64,000 nucleotides of DNA, from positions 9,457 to 73,456 of the forward strand of contig JBBQKJ010000009.1 in the NCBI GenBank assembly GCA_038326775.1, read 5' to 3'. Shown here piece after piece: positions 27,850-37,778 of the stretch; positions within the stretch are counted from its first letter, which is position 1; each line of letters begins with the position of its first letter. A program made the translations under genes and the position numbers. This DNA is from Candidatus Geothermincolia bacterium (GTDB taxonomy: Bacteria > Actinomycetota > Geothermincolia > Fen-727 > Anoxymicrobiaceae). The notes beneath the pieces were generated by a model. That model worked only from the letters and a program-made list of their open reading frames with translations, did no database searches and had not been told where the DNA came from.

Positions 27850-30567
27850 CTAGCGGTCTTTCATGGAAAACTCGAAGCAGGCGCCGGGCTTTCCGCTGGC
27901 TTTCACCGACCCGTCGTACAACTTGATTATCCTGTCCACGATGGCGAGCCCGATGCCGGTGAAACCGTTCTCGCCCTTGAAGAAAGGCAGGAAGATGTCC
28001 AGCGCGTCCTCGGGGGCTATCCCCGGCCCGTTGTCCTTCACGACATATGCGTGGCCGTCAGGCCCACAACCCAGGTAACTGATCTCTACCACGGGGTCGC
28101 GATCGTGGTTGTGCTTGATGGCGTTGTCTATGAAGTTACTGAACAGCTGATAAACATGTGTCTGGTTGGCTCTTACTTTGCCGAGGTCGCCAGCCACACG
28201 CACCACCGCGTTTCTATCCTGAATCAAGGCGGCGCGCTCCTCGATTATCCGGGCCACGGTCGCGGAGACGTCAACCTCGGAGATGTCCTCAGGCTCGCGC
28301 CCCGCCATGGCGAGGGCGAGCAGGTCCTTGATGAGCTCCTTCGCCTGGACTACGCTCAAACCGATGATTTCGGCTATCCTCCGTATTTCCGCCCCGATGT
28401 CGGATACCTCGTCGCGCTTTTCCCACAACCGGGTAAGGGTGTCCGAGGCGAGCTTGATGGCGGTAAGGGGGCTCTGGAGATCGTGGGAAACGGTACGCGC
28501 GTAACCCTCGAGCTCGCTGTTCAGACGCCACAGGGCGTCATCCGCCAGCTTGCTCTCGGTTATGTCCCGGCTCGCTATGACCGCCCCTGTCAGCATGCCG
28601 CCATCGTCCGTAAGCGGCACGCCTACGGACTCCAACCACAGGTAGTGACCGTCGGCGTGCCTCAAGCGGTAGGTGACCCTGGCCGGCTCGAAAACGCGGA
28701 GCACCTCCGCCAGCGATTCCATGTAGACCTCGATGTCGTCGGGATGGACCAGGTCGAGGAACTCGAACGCCGACCTGCCGAGGGCTTCGGCGGGGTCGTA
28801 GCCGAGTAGCCTGCCGTATGAAGGGCTGACGTATTGGTAAGCGCCATTGACGTCGATAAGGGCAATGACGTCTTCCATGTTATCGGTGATCATGCCCAGC
28901 TGCTGCTCTCGCTCGCGAAGCTGCTCCTCTGCACGGATGCGGTCGGTTATGTCTATCGCGGTAACCGCGACATACGCGTCATCCACCTCGTTGCTCGTGA
29001 TGAGCACACCGTTCATGAGCATGGGGAAGACGGAACCGTCTTTGTGCAGGTGCCACACCTCCCGGGCGCTGAAGCTTCCCTCGGTTGACAGCTCGTCGGC
29101 GAGCGCAAGCAGCCCTTCCGCCTGCTCCTCGGTGTCGTGCAGGAGGATCAGGTTCTGACCGAGCAGCTCTTCGGGTTCGTAGCCGTGGACCCGTGCCATA
29201 TAAGGGTTAATGTAGATAAGCTCGTAGTCCATGTTGCTCATGCCGATTCCGTAGTTGGCGTTGTCGGCAATCGTCTTGAACTGCTTTGTCTCCGCCTCGG
29301 CTTTTCTGCGGCGGGTGATGTCGCGCGCGTTTACCACCACCCTCAGCTCTCCGGCGGCGTCCGTGAAGCTCTTGGCGGCGGCTTCCAGGGTGCGCCAGGA
29401 CCCGTCCTCGTGCAGGAATCTGCACTCCAGGACGCCCACCGGCTCACCGCCGCTCGCGACCTGCCGGTGCGTCTCGAGCAGGGCGGCCTGGTCGTCGGGG
29501 TGGACCATGTCGAAAATTGTCTTGCCCATGAACTCGTCGAGTGTGTAACCAAGGACGTGCTCGCTGGCGCTGTTGCTGTCCAGGAAGGTGCCCCTGCTGT
29601 CGAAGATCGCTATTATGTCCATGGAATTCTCGAAGACGGTGCGTAACTGCTCCGTGCTGGCCCGCAGGGCCTCCCGCGCCAGTTCGAGCTCTGCCGCCTC
29701 CTGCTGGAGCCTGGCGTAAGCGTATGCCAGTTCGGACATGGGCTCCTCGACGATTTCCTCCAGCTTGTCGCGGCGAGGATCTTGATCGTCCCGGGCGCCC
29801 CCCCGCCCCCCCGCCAGGCGCCCGATCCCGCAGAAGCCTATCGGGACCCCGTCGCGGTTGCGCAGCACCTGCCCGGAAAGCTCGCAGGGCTTCTTTTCGC
29901 CGGTCCTGGTGAGCAAGGTCAACTCGTCGAGAGCCGCGACGCCCCCCCCTTTCATTTTCGCCAGGCTCGAGGTGAGCACGTCCGCTTCCTCGGGCGCGAA
30001 CAGGTCGAGGACGTTCATGGACGCGAGCTCGGTATCGCCGTAGCCGGTCACCTCGCCCAATCTGCGGTTCCACCTGAACAGGTTGCCTTCGATGTCGAGC
30101 ACCACGAACAGGTCGGGCAGGGAGTTGAGCGAGTCCTCGATGAACGTCTTCTCGTCGAGCAGCTCCTTCTCTACGCGCTTGAGGGAGACTTCGGACAGGA
30201 CCTCCTCGACCGCGTCGGCCAGGTTGGCGGGGAGGAGGGAGCCTTTGACCACGTAACCGGATGCGCGTGACCGGAAGGAGCGGGCGGCAGTCTCCTCGTC
30301 GCCGTGGCCGGTGACCATTATCACCGGCGGGTGCTCCAGCTTCTCGGTTATCTCGTCCAGCAGGTCCAGGCCCGCGCCGTCCGGAAGCCTGTAGTCGAGG
30401 GTGATTACGTCGTATTGGCGAGATGTCATCATCCGCCGCGCCGATGCGCAGTCGGGGGCTATCTCGGAGTTCATTTCGAACTTCGTGCGCAGTAGCTTTT
30501 TGACCAGGCCGGCCATTTCGGCATCGTCTTCGATTATGAGAGCCCTCATCTTCGCGCCAGTTTCCAT
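27850..30567 (-). CDS. Cytoplasmic hybrid kinase: REC + four PAS + HisKA/HATPase
   Basis: REC (IEDD, LDYRLPD, TGHG, K); PAS repeats ending in DIT; SHDLQSPL; NFIDNAIK; DNGPGI; GIGLAI. Confidence 0.92.
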   Translation of the reverse strand: METGAKMRALIIEDDAEMAGLVKKLLRTKFEMNSEIAPDCASARRMMTSRQYDVITLDYRLPDGAGLDLLDEITEKLEHPPVIMVTGHGDEETAARSFRSRASGYVVKGSLLPANLADAVEEVLSEVSLKRVEKELLDEKTFIEDSLNSLPDLFVVLDIEGNLFRWNRRLGEVTGYGDTELASMNVLDLFAPEEADVLTSSLAKMKGGGVAALDELTLLTRTGEKKPCELSGQVLRNRDGVPIGFCGIGRLAGGRGGARDDQDPRRDKLEEIVEEPMSELAYAYARLQQEAAELELAREALRASTEQLRTVFENSMDIIAIFDSRGTFLDSNSASEHVLGYTLDEFMGKTIFDMVHPDDQAALLETHRQVASGGEPVGVLECRFLHEDGSWRTLEAAAKSFTDAAGELRVVVNARDITRRRKAEAETKQFKTIADNANYGIGMSNMDYELIYINPYMARVHGYEPEELLGQNLILLHDTEEQAEGLLALADELSTEGSFSAREVWHLHKDGSVFPMLMNGVLITSNEVDDAYVAVTAIDITDRIRAEEQLREREQQLGMITDNMEDVIALIDVNGAYQYVSPSYGRLLGYDPAEALGRSAFEFLDLVHPDDIEVYMESLAEVLRVFEPARVTYRLRHADGHYLWLESVGVPLTDDGGMLTGAVIASRDITESKLADDALWRLNSELEGYARTVSHDLQSPLTAIKLASDTLTRLWEKRDEVSDIGAEIRRIAEIIGLSVVQAKELIKDLLALAMAGREPEDISEVDVSATVARIIEERAALIQDRNAVVRVAGDLGKVRANQTHVYQLFSNFIDNAIKHNHDRDPVVEISYLGCGPDGHAYVVKDNGPGIAPEDALDIFLPFFKGENGFTGIGLAIVDRIIKLYDGSVKASGKPGACFEFSMKDR

Positions 30568-30716
30568 CGTCCATTTCCTCGTCAGCAAACAGGGTTACCG
30601 AGAGAGCACATTTCAGTTTAAACCGCTCCGCCGCCGCTCCGCCCCCTCATATTACCATTTAACGGGGTATTAACAAAGAAGAGCAGGAGTCCCTGACCCC
30701 GCCAGGAATTCACCCC

Positions 30717-30795
30717 GGGGTCAGGCACCCTGACATGAATTCTTGGCCGCATCCGTGTGTTACGGATGCAAATTCATGTCAGGGTGCCTGACCCC
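30717..30795. repeat. REP/MITE-like copy 2: perfect 25-bp inverted repeats with an internal hairpin
   Basis: GGGGTCAGGCACCCTGACATGAATT ... AATTCATGTCAGGGTGCCTGACCCC enclosing GCATCCGT-gtgtt-ACGGATGC. Confidence 0.9.
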
Positions 30796-30838
30796 AACAT
30801 GAAAACGCGATAAGGCGGCTTCACGGCGACGGCCTCGC

Positions 30839-32173
30839 TCAGCGATTCAGCAGGCGCTCGGCGGCCTTTACGCCGGAGGTGAGTGCCGCCTCCACCGAGG
30901 GCATGCCGAAGTACTCGCCCACCAGGAGCAGGCTGCCGTAGTCGCGCAGGGCGACCTTGAGCTTCTGCACGTCGCGGATCTGTCCCGGAGTAGAAAGGCA
31001 TACCGCCTCCGGCCAGCGGAATATCTCGCAGAACAGCGGGTCGGGGAACGAGGGCACCAGCGTCTTTATCTCGCCTACGACTCTGTCCTTCACCTCGTCG
31101 TCGCTCATCTCCAGCATCTGGCGCGCGTGGTCCGCGTACGTGTAGGCGTGGATGATACCCCTGTCGGCGGGCGCGTACCCGGGGGCCTTAACGGCGTTGT
31201 CCGTGATGCCGGAGAAGCTGAAGTTTCCTTCCTTGCGAGGGGGGACGATGGCGTACAGCTTCCCGAGCGGCCTGTCCGGCACTGCAAGCATCACGTGCGT
31301 GCAGGCGCTGTAGCTGAGGCCGGCGAGCGTATCCAGCATAGACTGCGGCAGGCCGGGAAGCAGCGCGGCGGCTTCACCGGCGAGAGTTGCGCAAACGACG
31401 GAATCGGCCTCTATGAACCCTGTCTTTCCACCGTCCTCGAACTCGACTCCTTTGACCTTCTTGCCCTCCAGGACTATCCGCTTGACCGCGGTGTTGAGCC
31501 TGATGTCCTTTACCCTGCTAGACAGCGACTCTGCGAGGAAGCCAATACCCTTGTTGAAAGTGGACAGACCTGGGGCAAAATACCAGGACAGTGCCAGGCC
31601 GTACGCGGCCGAGATATCCTCGGGCATGCCGAGGGTCAGCGCGCTCGCCACAAGCTGGGCGATGTACTCCAGTATCTCGTCGCCGAAATCCTGCCTTACG
31701 TAGGTCGCGAAATCGATGTCGTCGAGCTCGACCGCCTTCAGGGGATCGTTGAAATCGAGTTTCTTTCCCAGCAGGGCCGTCCTGGCGCCGAACTTCATGA
31801 GATTGAGGCGGCCGCGGTGTGACAGGAGTTTGATGCCTTTCATGGCATCCAGGGGGTGCAGGATGTTCTCCTTCGGGTCCATGGAAGCCACGTGTATGGT
31901 GCCGTCCCTCAGCACTCCCGCAAATGGACGAAAAGTGACGAGCTCGTCCCTTATGCCCATTTTGTCGAGGAGGTCGAACATGGTGTGGTAGCGCGAGAAA
32001 AGGAACTGCGCACCGAGGTCGAGCGTTATCCCGTCCCTCACGGAGCCGTGTATCCTGCCTCCGCTGAACTCTCTTTTCTCGAGCACCGTATAATCGGCGC
32101 CCGCCATCTCGAGAGTGTAGGCGGCAGCGAGTCCCGCGGCGCCTCCGCCGACGATGACCGTCTTTCCCATCAT
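30839..32173 (-). CDS. FAD-dependent oxidoreductase (amine oxidase / HemY-like family)
   Basis: GGGAAGLAAA, E...GGR, DLGAQF, GEY..SVEAALTSG. Confidence 0.85.
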   Translation of the reverse strand: MMGKTVIVGGGAAGLAAAYTLEMAGADYTVLEKREFSGGRIHGSVRDGITLDLGAQFLFSRYHTMFDLLDKMGIRDELVTFRPFAGVLRDGTIHVASMDPKENILHPLDAMKGIKLLSHRGRLNLMKFGARTALLGKKLDFNDPLKAVELDDIDFATYVRQDFGDEILEYIAQLVASALTLGMPEDISAAYGLALSWYFAPGLSTFNKGIGFLAESLSSRVKDIRLNTAVKRIVLEGKKVKGVEFEDGGKTGFIEADSVVCATLAGEAAALLPGLPQSMLDTLAGLSYSACTHVMLAVPDRPLGKLYAIVPPRKEGNFSFSGITDNAVKAPGYAPADRGIIHAYTYADHARQMLEMSDDEVKDRVVGEIKTLVPSFPDPLFCEIFRWPEAVCLSTPGQIRDVQKLKVALRDYGSLLLVGEYFGMPSVEAALTSGVKAAERLLNR

Positions 32174-32303
32174 GACCTCCTCGTTGGGTAATTGAGCCCG
32201 CCCCGGCGGTCCTGCTCGAGCCGCGCGTGCGGCCGGGGGCGAATGGGCCTACAGGAGTATACCAGAAAGCCGCGGCCTGGAGTCACAACTATTGACCGTG
32301 CGT

Positions 32304-34697
32304 TCAGGGCGTATAGCCGATCGAGTCGTGCGCCCACGTGCGCCCGTTGCCGTACATCGCACGCTCGCAGACGACCTCGCCGGAGGTGGCCTTCACCCTG
32401 GTGCTCACGTTGTAGCTGTCAACGTAGTCGCGGGCGTTGTAAGTCTTGCGCGAGCGGGCCGGGATGGTCTCCCGCGGGCCCGGGACCTCTCCGGAGTCGG
32501 TCTGGAAGACCATTTCGATGTCGGCTGGTTCGCTTCCCGGGTTCTGCACCAGCACCCAGGTCTCGTAGCCGTCGGCGGTGCAGCCCTCGGCCAGATACCA
32601 GGTGGGGGCGGGGGCGGTGACACCGATCGAGTCGTGCGCCCACGTGCGTCCCGACCCGTACATCGCCCGTTCGCAGACGACCTCGCCGGAGGTGGCGGTA
32701 ACCCTCGTGGAGACGGACGGCTGGTTCGGGGCGGTGTCGGCGACAAAAAACGTGCGCCTGGAGTTCGGTGGCATCAGCGCCGACGGCCCGGGTACCGCCC
32801 CGCTTTCAGTCATGTAGGTCAGGGTGACCCGGGCCTCGACAGAACCCGGGTTCTGCACCAGCACCCAGGTCTCGAAGCCACCCGCCGTGCACCCCTCGGC
32901 CAGGTACCAGGAAGAGGCGGGCGACGTGGCCCCGATGGACTCGTGCGCCCACGACCGCCCGTTTCCGTACATCGCCCGCTCGGCTATGACCGGGGCGTCG
33001 CTGCTCACCCGTGTCGACACCGACCACTCATCAGGCACGGTGTCCGCGGCGAAGAACGTCTGCCGCGAGTTGGCCGGCACGTCAACGGCGGGCCCGGGCA
33101 CCGGCCCGCTTCCAGTCATGTATGTCAGAGTCACGTGCGCCGGCGCCGGGTTGGGGTTCTGCACCAGCACCCACGTCTCGAAATCACCCTTCGTGCATCC
33201 CTCGGCCATGTACCAGTTCGTCGACGGGTTGGTCGTTCCGATAGAGTCGTGCGCCCAGGCGCGGTTGATGCCGTACATCGCCCGCTCGCAGACCACGTCA
33301 CCCTCGGCGTTCACCTTGGTCGACACGTTGAAGGAGGTCACGTAGTCGTTCGCGCGGTATGACTTCCGCGTTCCCGGCGCCACCTGTTCCTGAGGGCCGT
33401 GGACCTCGCCCGAGTCGGTCTGGAATATCATGTCGATGTTGGCGGGGTCACTGCCGGGGTTCTGAACCAGCACCCAGGTCTCGAAGGAGCTTTGCGCGTT
33501 GGTGCCGGTGCAGCCTTCGGCAAGGTACCAGGTCTGGTTGGCGATGGTGAACGTCGCGATGGGGCTGGTTCCGCTTCCGGTTGTGACGGTGACGTTCCCC
33601 GTCGTCGCGCCCACCGGCACGTAACATACGATGCGGGTATCGCTCCAGGAGTCGTAGTGAGTCGCGTGGGTGCCGTTGAACGCGGCGTAGGAGCCGCCGC
33701 GCGTGGGGCCGAACCCGCTCCCGTTGATGGTGACCCGCTCCCCCGTCGGCCCGGAGGTGGGCCATATCGAACTGACCCCGGTGTTGAACCTGTTATAGGC
33801 GACGTTCAGGAGCGAGGAGAACTCGGCTGTGGCTTTCCGGTTGCCTGCCGACGAGGGATGGTCGTCGCCGGTGGGGTAGGCCAGGACGTTCGAACCGCCG
33901 TCGGTCTTGTGCTGGACCGCGCCGTTCCACCAGCGGTGGTGGTTGCCGCCCTCCTGGCCCAGGTCGTTCACGCTCGCGCTGCCGCCGTTGCTGGTGAGAA
34001 CGTCGTAGAAGTCGAAGACGAACACGTTGTTGTGCGCGTAGCCGTCAAGCCAGTCGTTCACCAGCCAGTTGTTGAAGGCGCGGTCGGGTGCGCCTCCACC
34101 CGGAAGACTCCGCATGGGCGGCGCAGTGATGATGACGAACATCTTGTCAGCCCTGGTCTGGAAGTAGTTGAGCAGGTCCATGTAGATGCCCCGGCAATTC
34201 GCCACGCTCAGCGGGCCCGAGTTTCCGGCCAGGGGGTTGCTGCCGATCGGCGGAACCGGGTCGCTCATGCTGCCGGTAAGCGAGGAGTTCGGGTAGCAGG
34301 ACTTGAACATCACTATCTTGTTCTGGCCGCCCGGGTCGGAGGCGCGCCTGGAGTAGTCGCAGTTCTGATTGTACTCGGTGTAGAGCGCGTCCAGGTAGGT
34401 GGCGCTGTTCGGGCCGCGGAACCAGGTCCACCAATGCCCGATGTCGGTCGAGCTCCCTATGCCGTCCGGCCCCCAGTCGTAGTTGGTGTCGCTCACGAAG
34501 TAGTTGTTGTCGCGCAGCGCCACACCAAGCCCTCCGTTGCCGTCGGCGAGCCAGTTCTGTCCGCAGGAGTGATGGATGAAGACGAGCTTGGCGGTGCCGG
34601 ACGGCGGACTGGGGTCGTCGGCCCCGAGCGCGAGCGGCGCGAAGAGCAGGGCGGCAAGAGTAAGGAACCAGATGATCGCGATGCTCTTCTTGAACAT
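32304..34697 (-). CDS. Secreted protein: putative SGNH-like hydrolase domain + IPT/TIG + four DUF5719-like repeats
   Basis: Signal peptide; FIHHSCG ... DDHPSSAG; VTINGSGFG...SWSDTRI TIG domain; four WY(L/M)AEGCT..ETWVLVQNP..ERAMYG..WAH(D/E)SIG repeats. Confidence 0.8.
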   Translation of the reverse strand: MFKKSIAIIWFLTLAALLFAPLALGADDPSPPSGTAKLVFIHHSCGQNWLADGNGGLGVALRDNNYFVSDTNYDWGPDGIGSSTDIGHWWTWFRGPNSATYLDALYTEYNQNCDYSRRASDPGGQNKIVMFKSCYPNSSLTGSMSDPVPPIGSNPLAGNSGPLSVANCRGIYMDLLNYFQTRADKMFVIITAPPMRSLPGGGAPDRAFNNWLVNDWLDGYAHNNVFVFDFYDVLTSNGGSASVNDLGQEGGNHHRWWNGAVQHKTDGGSNVLAYPTGDDHPSSAGNRKATAEFSSLLNVAYNRFNTGVSSIWPTSGPTGERVTINGSGFGPTRGGSYAAFNGTHATHYDSWSDTRIVCYVPVGATTGNVTVTTGSGTSPIATFTIANQTWYLAEGCTGTNAQSSFETWVLVQNPGSDPANIDMIFQTDSGEVHGPQEQVAPGTRKSYRANDYVTSFNVSTKVNAEGDVVCERAMYGINRAWAHDSIGTTNPSTNWYMAEGCTKGDFETWVLVQNPNPAPAHVTLTYMTGSGPVPGPAVDVPANSRQTFFAADTVPDEWSVSTRVSSDAPVIAERAMYGNGRSWAHESIGATSPASSWYLAEGCTAGGFETWVLVQNPGSVEARVTLTYMTESGAVPGPSALMPPNSRRTFFVADTAPNQPSVSTRVTATSGEVVCERAMYGSGRTWAHDSIGVTAPAPTWYLAEGCTADGYETWVLVQNPGSEPADIEMVFQTDSGEVPGPRETIPARSRKTYNARDYVDSYNVSTRVKATSGEVVCERAMYGNGRTWAHDSIGYTP

Positions 34698-34816
34698 TGT
34701 TCAGCTCCCTTTCGCGGGTCTACGGAAGTCTCCTTATGTATCGGTCTTATGCCCGCGGCATGTTTAGTGGATAAGACGTCCGGCGAGATATATTTCCTAC
34801 AGATCGCAAACACGAC

Positions 34817-36277
34817 TCAATATTTTATCCAGTCGGGCTGCCAGCGGCCCTCGGCCCGGCTCGCGACAGCGTCGAACAGGCGGCGCCTGAGGTCGGAGGG
34901 GAGGCGCCTCGAGAGCACCAGGGAGTCGAGGGCGCGCTCCGCGAGCCGCGACAACGCGGGGTTCTCGATGTCGTCGATGCGCGCGTAGGTGTAGGCGAGC
35001 GTGTGGAAGTTTCTCTTGACCGCCTCCGGCTCCCAGCCCGCCTCGGCGGCTTTGAGCGGCGACTGCACCCCGAATATGGAGTCGACACGCCCACCTGTGA
35101 TGAGCCCCTTCTCCTCGCAGAGCCGGTGGAGTTTCGTACCGGGGTAGGGGATGAACGTCGAGACCTGGATGGTGTCGGGGTGGCACAGGCCGTTGACCTT
35201 GATGGTGTCCAGTACCATCGACGTCTCCTCGAGCGGGAGCCCGAACATGTTGGTGGAGACCGTCTTAATGCCCGCCTCGCGGCACGCCGCGAACGCTTCG
35301 ATAATCTGCCGGTTGCTCATGTGCCGGTTTAGCACCTTTTCTCGCAACCAGGGGTTTCCACTCTCGATACCCATACAGGCGACGGTGCAACCCATTTCGG
35401 CGAGCGCGCTCGCCATAGAACGGTCCATGAAGTTCACCCGCGAGTTGCAGATGAACGGCATTCCCACCCGCGCGCGGTACAACTCGGAGAGGCGGGCCAG
35501 CCACTCGCGGTCGGTGGTGAGGATGTCGTCGTCGAAGCGTATGAACTCAATCGCCGGGTCGGCGGCCACCATCTGCTCGATCTCGGCGACCACGTTCTCC
35601 GGGCTCCGGAAGCGCACATACTTTGACGGGTCGGGATAGACGCTCTTCTGGGCGTGGTTGGAGCAGTAGGTGCAGTCAAACGGGCAGCCCCGGCTTGCCA
35701 TGAGAGTGCCGCGCGGGTGCTGCTCGGCGCAGAAGAGGGCCGCGTCAAACAGGGTGCGGTCCGGGAACGGCAGGGAGTCGAGGTCGGTTTGAAGCGCCCG
35801 GGCCGGGTTGCGGAAGACCTCCTCGCCCCTTCGCGCCCAGAGGCCCGGTATAGACGTAGTGTCCGCCCCCGCCTCGAGCGCTTCGCAAAGCTCGAGGAGC
35901 GTGGCCTCGGCCTCGCCGAGCGCCGCGAAGTCTATCCCCGGCGTGCCGATGACCTCCTCGGGGGCGATTGTCGGGTGCACCCCTCCGCAGACGACCGGCA
36001 GGCCCGACTCCTCGCGCAGCCAACCGGCCCACCGTGCGACGTGTCGGTACATGTGGGTGGTGCTGGAGAAGCCGATGAGGTCGGGAGCTTCGGCGGCGAC
36101 CCTCTCGACGAGCCACTCGCGCCCGGGTGGCTCGACCACGTGGATGAGCGAGGTCTGGTGGCCGGCTTCCTTGAGCACCGCGGAGAGGCAGGCGATGCCC
36201 AGGTATATCCGCCCCTCGGGCATGAACGAGCCGTCCGCGTACTGGAAGAAGTCGGGGTAGATAAACGTTACCTTCAA
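34817..36277 (-). CDS. Cobalamin-binding radical SAM protein
   Basis: N-terminal B12 domain (LGIACLSAVL, GGVHPT, GEAE); SRGCPFDCTYC; DDD; GIESG; PYPGT. Confidence 0.92.
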   Translation of the reverse strand: MKVTFIYPDFFQYADGSFMPEGRIYLGIACLSAVLKEAGHQTSLIHVVEPPGREWLVERVAAEAPDLIGFSSTTHMYRHVARWAGWLREESGLPVVCGGVHPTIAPEEVIGTPGIDFAALGEAEATLLELCEALEAGADTTSIPGLWARRGEEVFRNPARALQTDLDSLPFPDRTLFDAALFCAEQHPRGTLMASRGCPFDCTYCSNHAQKSVYPDPSKYVRFRSPENVVAEIEQMVAADPAIEFIRFDDDILTTDREWLARLSELYRARVGMPFICNSRVNFMDRSMASALAEMGCTVACMGIESGNPWLREKVLNRHMSNRQIIEAFAACREAGIKTVSTNMFGLPLEETSMVLDTIKVNGLCHPDTIQVSTFIPYPGTKLHRLCEEKGLITGGRVDSIFGVQSPLKAAEAGWEPEAVKRNFHTLAYTYARIDDIENPALSRLAERALDSLVLSRRLPSDLRRRLFDAVASRAEGRWQPDWIKY

Positions 36278-36287
36278 GGCGGGCCGC

Positions 36288-37460
36288 CTAGTGCCTCAGG
36301 TACATGAGCGCCCTGATGAGGTCCTCGCGGGACCGTTGTCGTTTCGAGACCACCGCCAGCAGCGGCCTCATGAACGAGCTGCGGTTGCCCCACTTGATGC
36401 TCAGGATCCCCATGCGGAAGTAATGCTCGTACCGCTCCGCCAGCCTGGCACGGAACGAGTCCTCCGCCGGGTCTATATGCAGGCCCCTTCCGCTCATGCG
36501 GCTGTCCAGGATGTGATCGGCGGCCATCTCGCCGGTCTCGAGCGCGTAAGTGATGCCTTCACCGCTCACCGGGTTGGTCATGCTCGCGGCGTCGCCCACC
36601 AGTATCATGCCGGGGCATTCCACCTTGCTCGCGCCCAGCCCGACGCGGAGCAGCTCCCCGCGTAGCGGGGTAACCGGCCGGGCGTTCCTGAGCTTTGGCG
36701 CCACGTGGGGCGCGTCGTTTATAAGCGAGTCCATGAAGCGGCGCAGGTTTATCCTGTCGCGCTTGATGTGGTAGAGCATCGCTCCGACGCCCACGTTCGC
36801 CAGGCCCTCCCTGTTCACCGGGAAAATCCAGCCGCTGCCGGGGCTTATGACCTTCTCCGGGTAGACCTCGAGGAAGTCGCCGATGTCCTCTACCCCCTCG
36901 AAGTACTGGCGGACGGAGACTCCCAGGTAGAGCGGGTCGTCGACCAGGAGCCCCATGGCCCTGCCCAGGGGTGAGTGCGGGCCGTCGGCCCCGACGACCA
37001 CGTCGGCGGTGAGGTCGACCTCGCGCCCGTCGCGCACGGCTTTCACCCCGACCACACGGCCGCCCTCGACCAGCGGCCCGGTGACCTTGCAGCCTTCCCG
37101 GACCTCGGCGCCGCTTTCCCGCGCGTGGTTCATGAGTATGTCGTCCAGGTCGATCCGCCTTATGATGTATCCGTGGTCGGGGAAGCGGGGGGTCGGCGGT
37201 ATCTTGTTTTCGACCAGCGCCCTGCCTGCGCCGGCGAACCTGAAGCCGTGAAACTTGTTGAACTGCCCGTTCAGGCGCTCCTGCAGGCCCATCTTATAGA
37301 GGGTGCGGACCGCGCGCGGCGCTATGCCGTCGCCGCAGATCTTCTCCCGTGGGAAAACGGCCTTGTCCAGGAGCAGAACGCGAACGTCTCGCTTGGCGAG
37401 ATGAAAGGCGGTCGAGGAGCCCGCGGGCCCCGCACCAACAACGATAACATCGTAATCCAT
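36288..37460 (-). CDS. Geranylgeranyl reductase family flavoprotein
   Basis: GAGPAGS, FPREKICGDG, GADG, WIFP, LVGDAA..NPVSGEGI. Confidence 0.9.
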   Translation of the reverse strand: MDYDVIVVGAGPAGSSTAFHLAKRDVRVLLLDKAVFPREKICGDGIAPRAVRTLYKMGLQERLNGQFNKFHGFRFAGAGRALVENKIPPTPRFPDHGYIIRRIDLDDILMNHARESGAEVREGCKVTGPLVEGGRVVGVKAVRDGREVDLTADVVVGADGPHSPLGRAMGLLVDDPLYLGVSVRQYFEGVEDIGDFLEVYPEKVISPGSGWIFPVNREGLANVGVGAMLYHIKRDRINLRRFMDSLINDAPHVAPKLRNARPVTPLRGELLRVGLGASKVECPGMILVGDAASMTNPVSGEGITYALETGEMAADHILDSRMSGRGLHIDPAEDSFRARLAERYEHYFRMGILSIKWGNRSSFMRPLLAVVSKRQRSREDLIRALMYLRH

Positions 37461-37778
37461 CTAACCTCCAGCTCAGGCGAAAAACCCGGATCTAATTATA
37501 CCGTGCAACATCTCAGGTCAGGTCACTTTCTTGCGTTTTACGTGCCCTGTCATTCAGGATGATCGGTCCTGGCCCCCATCCTTACTGAAAACCGCGAGCC
37601 GGCAGCCGCTGGCGGCGCAGTGGTGTCCGGCGGTCAGGTCGCGGACCAGCGCGGTCCCGGAAGCTTCTCGCGCCCCGCGGGTTCGTTCCTGGTTTCGTCC
37701 ATCCGGCTCCTTTTGTTGTCTGGTATTATAAGCCAAGGCGCGGATGTCTCGATTCACCCTCTCGGGAAGGAGGTCCAG

